Source: Trichosphaerium sp. ATCC 40318
Taxonomy: Eukaryota > Protista > Tubulinea
NCBI GenBank assembly: GCA_038496445.1
Contig: JALMLS010000540.1
Span: 124,001 to 188,000 of the forward strand
Length of the DNA stretch: 64,000 nt
Direction: 5' to 3'
Under the pieces are notes generated by a model, which saw only the letters and a list, made by a program, of their open reading frames with translations, ran no database searches and was not told where the DNA came from. The stretch's first letter is position 1. The number at the start of each line of letters is the position of its first letter. Of this stretch, positions 1 through 14,193 are shown piece after piece. Both the position numbers and the translations under genes were made by a program.

Positions 1-609
1 CACGATAAAACTAGGCTACCAGAAACGTCTAGTACGTTTTTTACCGTATAATTATACCAATCATCAATGTGTTTAATGGAAAACTTATTTTCGAGCTGTT
101 TAAAGGTTGTGAGATTGGGCATGAGTCAAAAACACTCACATCGATAATATAAGTCTTTAAAAACGCTGCTCGGTGGGGTTTTGAGTATTTACGGTGTTTT
201 GAGTGTGATTGTTGCTTTGTTAGAATTTTACTAAAGCGCATTTCGCTATCGTTGAAATATCCTCAAACGCATACTAAATTAAGCGTAAATACGCAACCAC
301 AGCTGTAGGTGTTGAAAGTAATTGTCAAACTACATAAAATACGATATAAGCACACCTTGAGGTATATTTGGACCTCTGCTTGTAACAAAACAGTGCACCT
401 TCATAGGCTACATAAACTGTCAACGACTTTCTAAAGATGTTGGTACGTACTGTAATCTGTCGTGTCACTGTAGGTAATTGCCACCTTGTTGGTACTTTTA
501 CTCTTTGGTCAGTGAAGGCAATGCAACCATTGTAGTATTTCAACTAATGGAACGCTGAAGACCAGCAGCGTTCTGAACCATACTAAACCACTACAACCAA
601 TAGTACAAC

Positions 610-870
610 ATGGAAAAACCAGTCAACACTGCACATATATCTATCAAGACGGTAGAAGGCGGTACAATCACCGTTTGTATTGATACAGCCTCCACCATTA
701 AAGTTGTAAAACAAACAATCCAAGACCAAGAAGGCATTCCCGCACATCAACAACGCTTAATCTTTGCTGGCAAACTACTTGAGGACTCTCACACAGTTTC
801 CGACTACAATCTAAACTTTAACTCCACAATACATCTAAAGCTGGTCTATAAAAGTGAAGGCAAAGTGTAA
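610..870 (+). CDS. Ubiquitin-like protein (single UBL domain, no C-terminal GG)
   Basis: Intronless [35 protein letters not shown]...STIHL closely matches ubiquitin [32 protein letters not shown]. Ends LVYKSEGKV. Confidence 0.85.
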   Translation: MEKPVNTAHISIKTVEGGTITVCIDTASTIKVVKQTIQDQEGIPAHQQRLIFAGKLLEDSHTVSDYNLNFNSTIHLKLVYKSEGKV

Positions 871-1465
871 CATGCAATTTTAAAAAACAAACTATTAATA
901 AATTATTAACTCCCATACTGGCCGTCTCAACTCTTTTTTGTTTTCAATGCGGCATTGACTTCATATCAATCACGAGCACAATGTATACAAAACAATACAT
1001 CACGTGGTTTTACATAAGTTATAAAAGATGCGCTAAGGTGACTTCAAAAAGTCATTCTGTGAAGGATGTTGGACTGCAATGATCACAAAAGAGGTTGAAC
1101 TTCCGTCTATACCATCTCAGGCCTTGTAGCTACAATATACGAATAGTATAAAACACGTAAAATGCTACTGAGCGAGAAAAAACGGATTCCGTTAATATCA
1201 AAAATAAACTACAATTTCGGTTTTAAAACTTTGAAAACTGGAGTTACGTGCTTAGACAACAACCAACTCATTTGCACTTCTCCAATACGAACTCACTACC
1301 ACGATCGTGGAGCGAAACTGGTAGCTGTTAGGCTAATTTATATTGCCTATCACAGATTAACGAAAAAAAAAAGCGAACCAGTTTTCACAGAAGATCACAT
1401 TTTTTATTCCATTGTTTTAAAAGTACCGCAAGTGACTCGCAGGTGCGAGCATTACTTCTACATAC

Positions 1466-4400
1466 ATGTCAGAGTCCTTTACGTACTCTCTAAAGTCCGA
1501 AAACCAAAATGTTGGCGTATTGGAACGTTTGGATGTACAGGTGTTGGTATCGGGATTTATAGCTACTACAAGCGTATTGATGACGTTTTACAATGAATCA
1601 GGCGAAGATAAAGAAGTTGACGTACGACATGCCCGTTTAGCGCTAGTAATTTACAATGAGCGTAGCTAGAGTTCCCACTACCTACTGATGCTCAAGTGAT
1701 CGGCTACGCAGTTGATATTGATGGTAAACTCGTAAACGCCGTTATAGTTGAGGTATGTTGCTCGACGCGTTCGTGTAGGTCTTTAAGACAGCTATACGTT
1801 GCATACGTCACGAGCGTTAAATATCTATACTGACAAGTCCAAAGCACGACACTGCACGTATAGCGTTTGAAGCTGAAGACAGAAAAGTCATCAAAGACCG
1901 TTCGACAAAATCTGGAAGGGCAGCCACTTACACAGTAGCAGAACGCATCTCAGGTAATTGTTTTAGGACTAGAATATATCCATTCCCGAAGAAAGGCACG
2001 TTAAAAAAAAACCTTTAATTGGGTTGATGTTTTAACGGTTGTGTAGGACGCCGGACTATTCGAGTTGAATATCAATGGGACTTGGATTATTCGACAAGGC
2101 CTCTTTCTTATGGTTTACCGTTATCTTTTGGCAAACCTTTAGCGATGTATAAAGTCCACGTGCGTGTTATTTGAGACGACAAGAAGATGGTCTTATTTTT
2201 TGTGCATTAGGTTCAAGTGAATGCGCCTTCTGGTTGCGTACCTCAGCTAGCAACAGACTTTACAAAAGGTGTAAAATCTAAAATGAATCCGGTGACTAGG
2301 TACGCTAGCTCAAGCTAGCACGCAAGTTTGGCTAGCAACTTTTTTTTTCTTGAGTTTTTGGGCTTACTTTTCTAGTGGTCGCCACACCACATTTGAGTAC
2401 ATCAGTTCAGGTAAAAATATGAGCGTAAAGCACGGTATAGAACTTTCCATACAACAAGACACAAAACCTATAATGATAACACAACATAACGGTCAGGTAC
2501 ACATGAACTAAAGCACAATCTTGGTTGTTAATCAGTTTTACAAGCTTTACTTTGGCATACGTGATACGCCTCCATTGTCTATTAACAGCAAAAAAGACGA
2601 AGAATCCTTCAGTAGATTAGCTATATTTTGGGATGCTAGCTACTCTAGGCGACATGCTGATATAAAGAATGAGCTCTCCTTTATCTCACTTTTTTTAAAT
2701 CAAGTACCTTATTTCGTTTCCTCCACTTTAGTACTGATTATTTATCTCAAGCACAAATCAAGCGTAGTTGATGTGTTTGTATTCAGAAATGAATTGGAGC
2801 CAATGAGAACGTTTAAAATGGAACAAAAAGAGAAACAAGCATTGATTGAGTATCTAAAATCAGTGCGTCAAAATGATGTAAACCAATTTGTTAATGTGTG
2901 GTTTTAGCAAGTTTGTGATGGTGGTACTAACCTCGAGATGCTCAATATGTCACAAAGAGCTCCTGATGGATCTCCTTATGGGATTTTCCTCTTATTCACA
3001 GATGGCTTAAACACGATGTCAGATGTGAAGTTTCCTAAGTTTAGGACACTAACATATACAATAAACTCATCCAAAAAGGCTGATAAAGTGTCACTTAAAA
3101 TAATAGGCACGTGATTTGTTATAACAATTTTTCTAGTTGCTAACGATTTGTACTAGCCAAAAAAACAGGCGGACAGTACATTGATTTAACATCAACAAGT
3201 GCATCATTTGCATTAACAAAAGTTGGAGGGTATTGTTTTTACCAAACCAAATCCTTCTAACCTCTTTCAGCTTAGCTTATTCACTTCTATACATTACTGG
3301 AGATGAAAACGTATATGACGTATATCCCTCTATTCCTGTTGAATCAAGTGGTGTTGCTGTTAATATAGCTGGAAAGCTATCAAAGTCAAAGACTTCACGC
3401 ATTTATCTTGTACGAATAGTTTTTATTTCTTCATAGTTTTTCTCACGTTACCAGCACTATGGTTATGGCTCTGAAGTTACTGCAACTCAAGAATATATAC
3501 TTGACACAACGATGATCATGGAATCTAAAGCAGGTGGTATATTTTGGGCCCAAGCAAAGATTGAAGAGCTACAACTGTTTCCAGATGTTCCAGGCACAGC
3601 ACAAGCTATAACGGAGGTTAGCCACAACCTCACAACTTGTAAACGACTAACCATGTTTAGATTGGAAAATCGTTTCGTCTAGTTACACCTAATACATCAA
3701 TGATAGTCCTAGAAACACTTGACCAATACCTAAAGCGTATCCTAAACAAAAAGTGGAGCTTCCTTTCCACATTCTTAAATTTTTCTTATTTGAGCAAATG
3801 AGCTATGAACATCAGATGTTTTCTTAACTTTAAAGACTGCGTTGAACCTCCAAAAGAACTCGAAGATGTTTATTTCAAATACAAAGATGTGATAGAATCT
3901 AGAAAAGCGACAGAAATGAATGACAAGGATTTAAGGTTACACGCTGCTTTAACTCTCTGGAAGAGACGTGTTGCTTGGTGGAATAATAATTGCGCATCAC
4001 CAGAACACGCTGAACCTTTTATACTTCACGCTTTTGAGTATCCTAAAGGAGTAGATACATACTCCCGTGCAGGAGATTGGGGCCCGTATCAGTACGATAT
4101 AACAACCTTTAAATAACGTATGTTAGAGCACTAACACGTGTTTTAGTGAAGAACTTCAAAGGAAAGAGCAAGAAGCTAAACTTAAAGAAATTGAAGAGCG
4201 AGATAAAGTGGTAGCTCAGCTAAGAGAACTTATATCACACGTCAGAGATTCATTAAAAGGTTAGCAAATTAATCTTATTTATCACCATTTGTAATTATGT
4301 TTCTAGTGTTTAGAACGAATAAGAACACGTCCGTTGATATCCCAAATGTCGCTGGTCTGCTACAACAATTGGTTCTTGTAACAACGAAGCAACAAATTAC

Positions 4401-7400
4401 TTTTGAGAAATATGCAAACCTTGTAAAGGATCTAACGAATCTATACTGCACTGTACTGAACACGTTGAATATTCACGGGCTTTCAAGGGATGCTTTACTC
4501 GTATCAAAAATATCTTCTGCTGTTCACAATGTCACAGAAGAGTTCATAAGCTTCTTGGATACAGTCAAACAAGTACGCATCAAAAATGTACAGTCGGTGA
4601 CTTAATTCTCACTTCCCTTAAGGTAGTCGGTTGTGCTGATTCATTGAGGGATGATATTCCATCAAGTTTTGTGTTTAATGCTAGAGCTTTATCTCATATA
4701 TACACATTACTCATGCCTTTAAAATACTACGAACAGTTTCTTCAAAGCACTAAAGTCGCAAAAAGAAAATTCAAAAATCTAGACAAGGTACGCCTTATTC
4801 TGTTTTTTCGCCCACGTGTACTAATTTGACGACAAAAAGGAAACTATACCCTTGGATGCTAAACCTTTTACTGATATTGAAGAAGACATCGGAGTATTAC
4901 AAAGCGAAGTTGAGACGCTATTCAATAATTGGCAGAAGGGCATTGATATTGAAATTTCGTTACAATTCATAAGCGAGAGTATAGCACATACTGTACCAAA
5001 GTTTACTGAACTGTATAAAGAAGACCAGGTTCTTGGTGCTTACGCAAAACTTAATGTAAAGAAATGCAACTGCAGATCATTCTTTGAGGGATACAACAAC
5101 GGTAAGTCAAATAACCAAACAACACCATGCTGAGTTTTCTTGTAGCCTTGAATAACGTTGGATTACTGTTGATTACCTTCACATTGGAGCCTGGAGCTTA
5201 TGGATCAGAAGAAGTCTGTCAGGATGCTAAAAACGCGATATCTGACTGTGGGAACACTTTGAAGGCTTTAAAAAGTACAACGCAGAAACTTTGTTTAACC
5301 AGACTTCTAAACTCTTATCTAGGTATTGCACTTCACAATAAGCGTGTTGTACTTATTGAAAACGTTAACAATACCTTTGCCGATATTGCTGAGAGCGTTG
5401 ATCTAATTCAAGAGCTATCCAAAGATAAAAAGAAATTCCTGAGTGAATCATCAAAGTTATCAAAAAATGCTTCGAAGATGCTCTCTTATCTTACCGAGTT
5501 GTATAACTCCGGATCTGTTAATATTCTTCAACGTGTACATACTCACCAATCGTGAAACTCCGATCTAATCCCTAAACTAGGTCAGAGATTTGAAGAACAA
5601 CCTAACAACATTCGACAAAGCAGTAAAGTCAAAAACTCATCAATCAATTCAGAATGCTTCCAAAGATATATTCTATACTTGTGCCCGAGCAGCAGAAACG
5701 ATATCACCTGTGAATAGAATGTGGGATTGTTCAGGGAAGTTAAAATCACTAAAATCGTCTTTGGAAGTGTCTAAGAATTTGATTAATCATATGAACGATA
5801 CAAATAGTCCTATCGCTGATGTTAAGGTTCTTATTAACCAGTTTGTACGTCAATCTAAAGTTTTGTATGAAAGGAAAAGAATCTCACGTGTTTAGAAAAA
5901 AACTGTTGAATCTTTTGAGAACAAGTATTTGAAGGAGGACTTGAGAAGACGAATTAGAGATCACTCAGTGCTTCTTGATTTGTCGGATTTTTCCATTGAT
6001 GTCAATGCTATTTGCGAAATATCCAAGGCTCTTACACAAGCATCCGCCACTCAAATAGTCCGTGAGAAGCTCGTAGACTATATAATAATATTTGTGGGAG
6101 ATGCACAAGTACGTCACATGTCAAACAAACACGAACAGGCTACATCTTTCTTATCCATAAAAAACAGAACTATTTATCAATTGTCATTGATGCCTGCGAA
6201 AAAAGAGCAAGCGTTGACGTCTGGTCATACCTCAGAGGTTACTTGAATGAATTCAAGAATAAAAACAAACTAATGACAGGCAATTAACTCTATTATTCAA
6301 CATCTTTCTCTAACGTTTGAAACAATAGATGCAAGTGACTATGTATTAAACTCTCACAGTGTTCACTTGCTAAAAACAGCAAAGAAAAAGATTGATAGCC
6401 ATACCATTCTCGTAAGAAATATGATAAACTCCAAAAGCCATGATCCTAGTGATAACGACGCTTTGCTTGTCGATGCAGAGCGACTCTCACAGATGCTTGC
6501 AAGTCTCTTTTCTACCTCAATTGAGATCGTGAAGAGAAGTTGCTTGGTAAACATGGAATCTGTTCAAACATGCTCTGAGAGAATCCCTATAGATTTATTA
6601 CGTTTGCTAAACGACTTGAAACATAATGCATCATCATCAGGTATTGCATACTTGAGAGGCATAAAAGAACGGACTACGACTCTTGTGAAGAACATAAACA
6701 AGAAACTAGAAAGAGACTTCAACCATGATGACTTAATAAACCAACTAGCATCACTTAAGAACGACATTACTAAAACAACTGGTACAATCCTAGTTTCAAC
6801 CCAAAAATATTTAGCTGGTTGCTGTGTACTAACATATTTATCCTTGTAGAAAAGCTGATTAACAGTATTCAAGATGTTCTGCCAATTGCGAAAGTATTGC
6901 CTAAGTTAGCACGAATGCTTTCAGCTTGTGAATATAGTGAATTGCAAAGAGAAAAGCAGCCTCTATATCAACAAGATAGATCTTACCAAATGCAAGATTG
7001 TAGTCGCAAGGAGATGGAAATACGTCATGAAATGAAAGAGCTTCTTTTACATGAAGTGGATACACTAGGGATGGCCTGTAAGATGGCATCAGTGAGTAAA
7101 ATAGAAAAGACTCATAAAAATAGCAAATATAGAAGTAGACTTGTGCATGTGAATCAAAAAGATAAAGGGACTGTAAAAAATATGCTGAAGACTGTATTGG
7201 CTGTTACTCGTCAGTACGAGTGCTCACTTTCGGGTATTATAGAGGTCATACCTGAAAAACGTACGCCAAAAATGATAACAAATCTTGAATACTAAAAGAC
7301 AACTAGGAAAAAATGATATTATTATCGCAACTACTACATGTTTTGTTGATATTCTTTTATGCGAAACAAGTATACATTCTCTAGAAAAGACCCTACATAA

Positions 7401-9100
7401 CAGATTTATGTCATTGCGTAGAGAGATAAAGAACGGTACACCTAAAAAACCCAAAGTCTTTTCTCTTTTTCTTACTTTTTTTTAAGGCAATATACTTCCC
7501 CTTGTTAAAAGCTTGTTGATGGGACTTGACCACTGGAAACACTTGATGTGTAGATGGTGTTTAACATATCAGGTTAATAACTTAGATAAAATAACACAAG
7601 TAGAGCTAGAGAAAGAGACTTACGACCTATTAAACGCTATAGAAATGTTATTGGTTTCCACTCAAAAAAAGAGAAACGAAGTATTGCTTAAAGAGTATGT
7701 CGATAAATGCTTGATGCAGTTGAACTGGTTCTTGAATAATAGATCTTCTCTAGAGTCAAAATCAAGTACGTTACAGGTGCCATTTTAGCACGTTTATCTA
7801 AGTACTTTCTTTTAGATGTTTTGATTGAGGAAACAAAGAAAAGAAAACTATGGGATTCTTTAAAAGCACTTGAATGTGTAGTTACTGAAAAGGTACGAAT
7901 TAATTGTTTTTCTGTTAGTTTAATTGAAGAAGCACACGTGCGTGCATGAACTCAAAAGAAGAAAAAATAGCAAAAACCACTTGCATTGAAAGCTGCAATT
8001 TCCTTTGTTTTGAAATCATCACTAATCAACATTTAGCCGCTTCACTTGAGCACGCAGTTTTTGGATAAAGAAATAACTAAAGAAGCTATGTACACAGAGT
8101 ATCTTACGAAATCAACTAAACATGATACGAAACCAACGTTTTTCTTTGATATGTCATGGTTGTTCTTTAAAGAAAAAAAAGACAAGCTTGGTCGTCGTAT
8201 TCTATCAACACTCACAGAACACGCCAATGAAGATCCACAACCCCTGAGACTCGCTGGATACGCCTATGGATATCACGGATACAACGAGGATGCAATCAAT
8301 ATATTCAGACTGCTGAAGAAACTGCGTCCTGAAGAGCCTCAGTCACATCGAGATTTAGCATGTGCTTTGTCAAGAAAAGCGACATTGATTTGTAACTCTT
8401 CTCTTGCACGTGATGGAAAAATCTCTTCTTGTTCAAAAGAATGTGAAGAATTATTTAGAGAATCTCTATTACTTCTACATAACGTTGTAGTTGGTAAATG
8501 GGATGAACGTTTCGATCAAATCCAAGTTACATCTTTAATGGATTTTAACAGTATCATTAAAAAGCTAAAAAGATATGGCTTGTATCAAAACTTAGTTCAT
8601 GGTATAGGTACGCTCAATAATAATTATCAAGCGTATTAAACTTACCCACTTCTTTCAGATACAAGGCTCATTGCATCTACTGAGGTAGACTTGAGAGTGA
8701 CATTATTCTGGGACTGTGATAAAACAGATGTTGATTTAATGGTAACAGAACCTTCTGGAGAGAAATGCTATGCATTTCATAATAAATCATCAAATGGTGG
8801 TATGATGTCACGTGATTTTACATATGGATATGGCCCTCAAGAATATCTTATAAGGTGTTCAAATAGCGGAGAATACAAGGTAACTAAAAAACAACAACAA
8901 AAACATCTTTTTTTCCTAAAACAAAAAACTAGGTTGAAGCGAAGTTATTCTCAAATATTCAAAACCCAAGACCTGTCACTGCTTTTGTTCATGTGCAAGT
9001 AAACTTTGCACGTGAAAATGAAAAAAGTCAATTTTTTGTTACACAGTTGAATACAATGAAGCAAGCCAACGAAGTATGCACAATATCGTTTTATAAGTAA
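1466..9100 (+). CDS. Large multi-exon VIT + vWA + long alpha-helical insert + TPR-like + DUF2135/YfaP-like protein
   Basis: Spliced exons give VIT motifs (IATTSVLMTFYN, EFPLPTDAQVIGYAVDIDG, FRTRIYPFP), vWA MIDAS motifs (WDASYS, DGGTNL, LFTDG), VTPNTSMIVLETLDQYL, RVAWW, TPR-like LRPEEPQSHRDLA, and C-terminal LRVTLFWDCDKTDVDLMVTEPSGE...SRDFTYGYGPQEY. Stop TAA at 9098-9100. Confidence 0.85.
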
Positions 9101-9286
9101 CCCAAAAAAAAAACACCAAAGAAAAGTAAACATGTATAATAAAAAACACTTTATAACATGAAGAAGTTTAGATCAAAAGGTCACTAACCTCTTTGAATCG
9201 TTTAAGATAAGAGTAACGAAGCATCAACGGATTAATTTCGGGTGCTGTATGGTGAAGAAAGCACTTTTTGTGATGAGTACAAGTGT

Positions 9287-10954
9287 TTAATTAACATTAG
9301 GATTAGGATCCTTTAAAAGTCTTGGTATCATCTTCACTGCGACGTCTATTATTGTACCAACAGTACCTTGTTCATAATATGTTCCAATATCAAAACTCAC
9401 AGAAGAAAGATCATCATCCAATGGAGAAACTGTAAACGATTGCTCAAATTCGTATTCTCGCTCCTTAAAATGTGTTAAAAGATATGGATATTCTGAGAAC
9501 AACTTACATCATCAAAAACGACTTCAACGTTTACAATGACATCAAAACATATATTACACCTATGTGCTGACTCCAACTCAGCACAAAATTCGCCTACAAT
9601 TTCGAACCTACAGAGCTAGATAAGAATAACAAAATATTCTTTGTTAAATACTTTGATACTTACTCACGACGACAACACTCCTCAATACAGTTTATTGTAA
9701 ATTCGAACATACATGTATCAAAAAAACATAGCTTCTCGCTAGTACGATACTCATGTTTGGAACAACGTAAACTACCATCCAATTAACAACAGGCCACTTT
9801 AAAAAACAATGTCGTACAAATCTGTTTCCTCAAACTCCAATCTAGATAGATCCATACTTGTATCTTTAATCCTAAAATTATCAAGTTGCTTTAGAAAGGA
9901 TTTGGCTTCTTTCAACTTGGTTTTACAGAATAGTGTGGTTTTTTTCAGCTCATTGAGAGTCTCTGTTCTTGAGATGTTCTGTAGGCTGTGAGACCGAAAA
10001 AAGGTAACAACAGCAGGGTGATCTCTCTTCAGTACTCCAGTGCATTCTTCACGGTCTATTTCCATATCATGTATCTCGCGCACCCACGCCTCAGCTGTGC
10101 ACACTTTTTCCTGTATATCTTTTGTTGATGTTGTTAGAAAAAGCAACAATGTCTCTTCAGTCACGTGTTTAGTATAATGTAGGGTCGCTGTTTTAACTTT
10201 AGACTTCCATAAGTCATCAAAGTTCGGCAAGTCACTCTTGAGATCTACTAGCATCTAGACCAAGACAAAAAGTGTTAACATAGCAACAATTCAAAGAATT
10301 CTATTTTTACCTGTAGCGCAGTAGTAGAATCGGCTTGCTTTAACACACGGTTCAAGGTGTCTGACAAAGCAATATTAAACTCAAAAAAGGCCAATAACTT
10401 CAAGATGGGTTTATACCATGTAGTGAATTTTGAGTACACTTTCTTGTAATAATCCCATTTACTTAATGTGATTTTAACTCCATACAGACAACTCAAGAAC
10501 ACTTCAAAATGCTCTTCACCCAAGTTATCTATTGCAGGCAAATACAATTTCATTCTAAGAGTCAACGTTATTAACTATTTTAAGCCGACTTGTTTATCTT
10601 ACTTGTTACTTCCTTTGTCAGATTGCCAAGCTTCTAAGAAATATCTGTTAGTCACCTCACAGTAGCTTAGACGTACTGGAGAACGCTGTTTGGAAGTAAC
10701 CTGTTCTTAAAAGGACAAATTTGTGTACTTTGTACTCGACATCTTGTACGACCTCTCAACATGTTAGTATGCGCGTTTTACGCACAGGTAAGTTCGTTTA
10801 CCAACGTAAAATCAGCGTAGTGCTTGTTCTCATATAAGCTCTGCAAAAACGCATCATTCGTCATAGTTAGAAGCTCACGAGATGGTTCTTCTATTGCTTG
10901 CGACTTTTTCGAAGGAGGCATAGCCAGTTGGGCCTCTTCTGCTTTTCTTTTCAT
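9287..10954 (-). CDS. BTB/POZ domain protein (multi-exon)
   Basis: ATG at 10954. FLQSLYENKHYADFTLV...YKVHKFVL...YFQTAFS...LPAIDNLGEEHFEVFLSCLYG is typical BTB. Internal exon boundaries are approximate. Confidence 0.7.
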
Positions 10955-11270
10955 TTTAGATTCTGTTGTAGTCAGCACGTGGAGCCTTAGTTTGGTATAA
11001 CTAAAATGGCTATTTCAATAAGTAGGTTAAGTCTGTTCCTATTATCTGAACGTGAATAATATTATCTGAGAGTGAATAACGCATTCCATCAGTGTTATAA
11101 TGGTGTATTGCTGAACATGTGGATTTAGCTTGACAAGTAACCAAAGAACAACTCTCATATTGCTTGCTATTCAGATTGCAGTACAACGCGCGCACGTGCA
11201 TGGCTGTTTTCGGACTGAATGCTATTGACTTTACGTTTAGCGTAATAGCCCTCAACCCTATCAGTGTAGA

Positions 11271-11592
11271 ATGAACGCGGGTACTGGTGCATCTAGGCGT
11301 ATTATCAACAAGCTAGGCAAGTGTCTTGTAAGCTGTGCACCGCAAGTACGTAAAATAACGTCTAAACGCTTTCTAATTATACGCCACATAAGACACTACA
11401 TTATGGTACATGCGTTGAAGGCAATATAACCAAGATGAAGAAAGGAGCTTGTGAAAAAGAATTTCAAGCCATGTATAAGTGCTACATGAATTCAGTACGC
11501 GTAATAAAACCTAAACACAACATCTGTACGCTATTTTAAATCAAACTAATCTATTTCACCATTAGATGGGTAGAGCAGGTAGACCAACATAA
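11271..11592 (+). CDS. NDUFAF8: Twin CX9C mitochondrial protein, NDUFAF8-like complex I assembly factor
   Basis: Exons 11271-11345, 11393-11494 and 11566-11592 splice to MNAGTGASRRIINKLGKCLVSCAPQTLHYGTCVEGNITKMKKGACEKEFQAMYKCYMNSMGRAGRPT. Two CX9C motifs (C..YG.C and C.KEF...C) follow the NDUFAF8 pattern. Confidence 0.75.
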
Positions 11593-11828
11593 ACTACAAC
11601 GTCGTAGTATACTTTGAATGCAATTAAAGCCCTCACAACTAAAATCACTTGAAATGTACAAATCACAGAATCCTTGGACAAAAGAAAACAAACACAAATT
11701 CTACAGTCGAAATAAAGCTTTCTTTTATATGTTTTCTCACATGTGTTTTTCGTTTTAGCGATCAAAAGGCGGTTTTCTGTACATTATTTTTACAATACTT
11801 CTACAGGACACCACGACCCTTTATGTCC

Positions 11829-13996
11829 TCAATAAGCAGGAGGATAACCTATACATGCATATCAGCAAAAGGGGGTCATAGAAATAAAAATAATCTTTCT
11901 TTTGAAAACATCTTTTTTTAGAACGGTTGTTCGTACCTGGTTGGCCTTGAGGTGGGTAACCTTGCTGTGGTGGCGGTTGTCCATAACTACCAGCATGTTG
12001 TGGTGGAGGATACTGTTGTCCTTGAGGAGGGTAACCAGTATGTTGAGGAGGTGGTTGTCCATAAGCTGGTGGGGCTCCATTAAAGCTTTGCGAGTGTGTC
12101 ATTTGAGGAGGAGCACCTGGATAGCCTCCTTGTTGTTGTTGTGGATTATACGACGCTAAAAAAAAATTAAATCAATCATTAACAGTAGTTTTTGAAAACG
12201 CACGTGGTGGTCCCGAAAAACTTTGAGAATGTTGCATTTGTGGTGGATATCCTCCTGGTTGATGTTGTGGATATCCTAGTTTAGAATAAGTTCTCTTGCC
12301 AGCGAGTAAAAAAAATAAAATTAACTTACCATAAGCTGGCTGTTGATTCGTTGCATAAGGTGCGGCTGGAGGTTGTCCAGAGAAGCTTGTTGTGTGTTGA
12401 AGTTGATGACCACCATAACCTGGTTGTGGTTGAGGTGCATATCCGGGCTGTGGGGCATATCCAGGTTGTGGTGGGTACGCTGCAAAAAAAAGAAAATCAG
12501 CAAAAGTTTTCAACGTTCAAACATACCTGGACCTGGCCCTGTAGTGACAGTTTGTGTAGTTTGTGTCATTACTGGTTGCGGAGGAGGTGGCGCTTGTACC
12601 TATAAGGACAAGAATAAGCGCAAAGAACAAAAAAAATCTGGGTTCGAACACCACTGTACTTACTGCCTCTTTTAGAGGCAAATGGAAGTGAACTTCTAAA
12701 AATAATTTGTCCGCTGTAGCGATAAAAATGATGATCAAAAAAAATGCAAAAAAACGAAATAATCATAATAAACTTACGTGAGTATGTGTTACAGAGTAAT
12801 TGTGTACAACAGGTTGAGGAGGGGGTGCTTGTTGTGTAATATTTTGTTGTACCACGACAGTAGTAGCTAGTAAAAATTGTCAGTACAGAAAGAAGAAGCA
12901 AAAATAAAAGTCTTCTTGAAATTCCACTAATGTCTGCGCTAGTGATTGTGCGTCACATACGTTTTGTGCCAAATCCAATGGCTGTTAAACCTACTTGGAT
13001 TTTACCCTTTGGAGATCTTCCTTTGTAAAGAGGTAGCCAAACAACAACCTAAGCACAAGTTTAAAAAACGCAACTCTTTTTTTAATCATTCAAAGAAGAG
13101 AACCACCACGGAGATGTATTCACGTGACTAACCACGCATTTTCTCGTCATAAAAACCTCACACTTTATAGCGGGATTTGACACGAAAATAACTACGCACC
13201 TCGCGATCCTTTGGAAGCTTTTCTAGTTCGTATTTTCCTTCACACAAAAAGTCGTTCTTCCCGATTATATCATAATCGTAAATCATAAAAACAATTCTAT
13301 CCTTCGCAGGTCTTTTAACAGAGCATCTGTGATTGAAAATAAGCGTGACATAAGCAAATAAGTAGAAAAAAAATAGTGACACCCTATATAAAAGGCTAGG
13401 TGTTCGCGCAATCGCGTTACGCTATTTTTTTGATCGGGGCAATGGGCGTGTTTTGGGGACCCACGGGAAATTCAGGCGCAAAGGGGGAATTGTAACGCCG
13501 GGCTACGGGTATGATTGCGCTAGAGATTGTGGCCTTTTTCGGTATAATTTTAGGGGTTTTAAGCTCCCGCGTGCCAATGGCGTGGTATAAACGGTAGCGT
13601 ACAAAAATGTTTCATTCCAGCAAGGATTTAGCGTTTTCTTGAGTTTACGTGTTTTGTAAATTTTACCGATCCAATTGTAGTCGTAGCCAACCTTCATCTT
13701 GCAGTATGGATCAGAAAATCCTAATACGTTTAGTTGGTTGAACAAACATCCTTGAAACAGTAAAGTGGTTCACAGTACCACCGAATAGCACGAAAATGTA
13801 CGGAGGTTGGTAGAAACGTTAAAAAACCCGTGTGAACAACATCAGCGGTAGATGTTCAGGAGAGGCGTTAACGCCATCAAAACAAAGGTATATAATGCCA
13901 CGGACGAAGAGCAATTTACGTACCATTGAAATCAGCTGCTGGTAGGTTCTTTGCTTTTATGCAGCGAACCTTTAATTTGTAACTGCCCTTGCTCAT
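11829..13996 (-). CDS. C2 domain protein with Pro/Gln/Gly/Tyr-rich C-terminal tail
   Basis: MSKGQLQIKVRCIKARNLPAADFNG|FSDPYC...KKTLNPCWNETF...IYDYDIIGKNDFL is a C2 domain retaining Ca-binding Asp residues. It is followed by GYPPQ-type low-complexity exons. TGA at 11829. Confidence 0.85.
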
Positions 13997-14193
13997 TCGT
14001 ATGGTACGAGGCGTTTAATAAGGAGTGGTTTAATTTAATTAAAGAGAGATTTGTCAATTGTAGTCAATAGAATCAGAAAAGGGCAAAAAACGCCTCTCCG
14101 AACGTGTTACTGACAGTAGCGCTTCGACCTTTTCCCTTAAGGGCATCCCTCATATCATAGGGTTTACTCCGTCAGCGTTGTTAATTTAGTACA

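Noticed and set aside
1162-1596. 144-aa ORF
   Set aside because: It overlaps the promoter and first exon of the VIT gene in another frame and has no recognisable motif.
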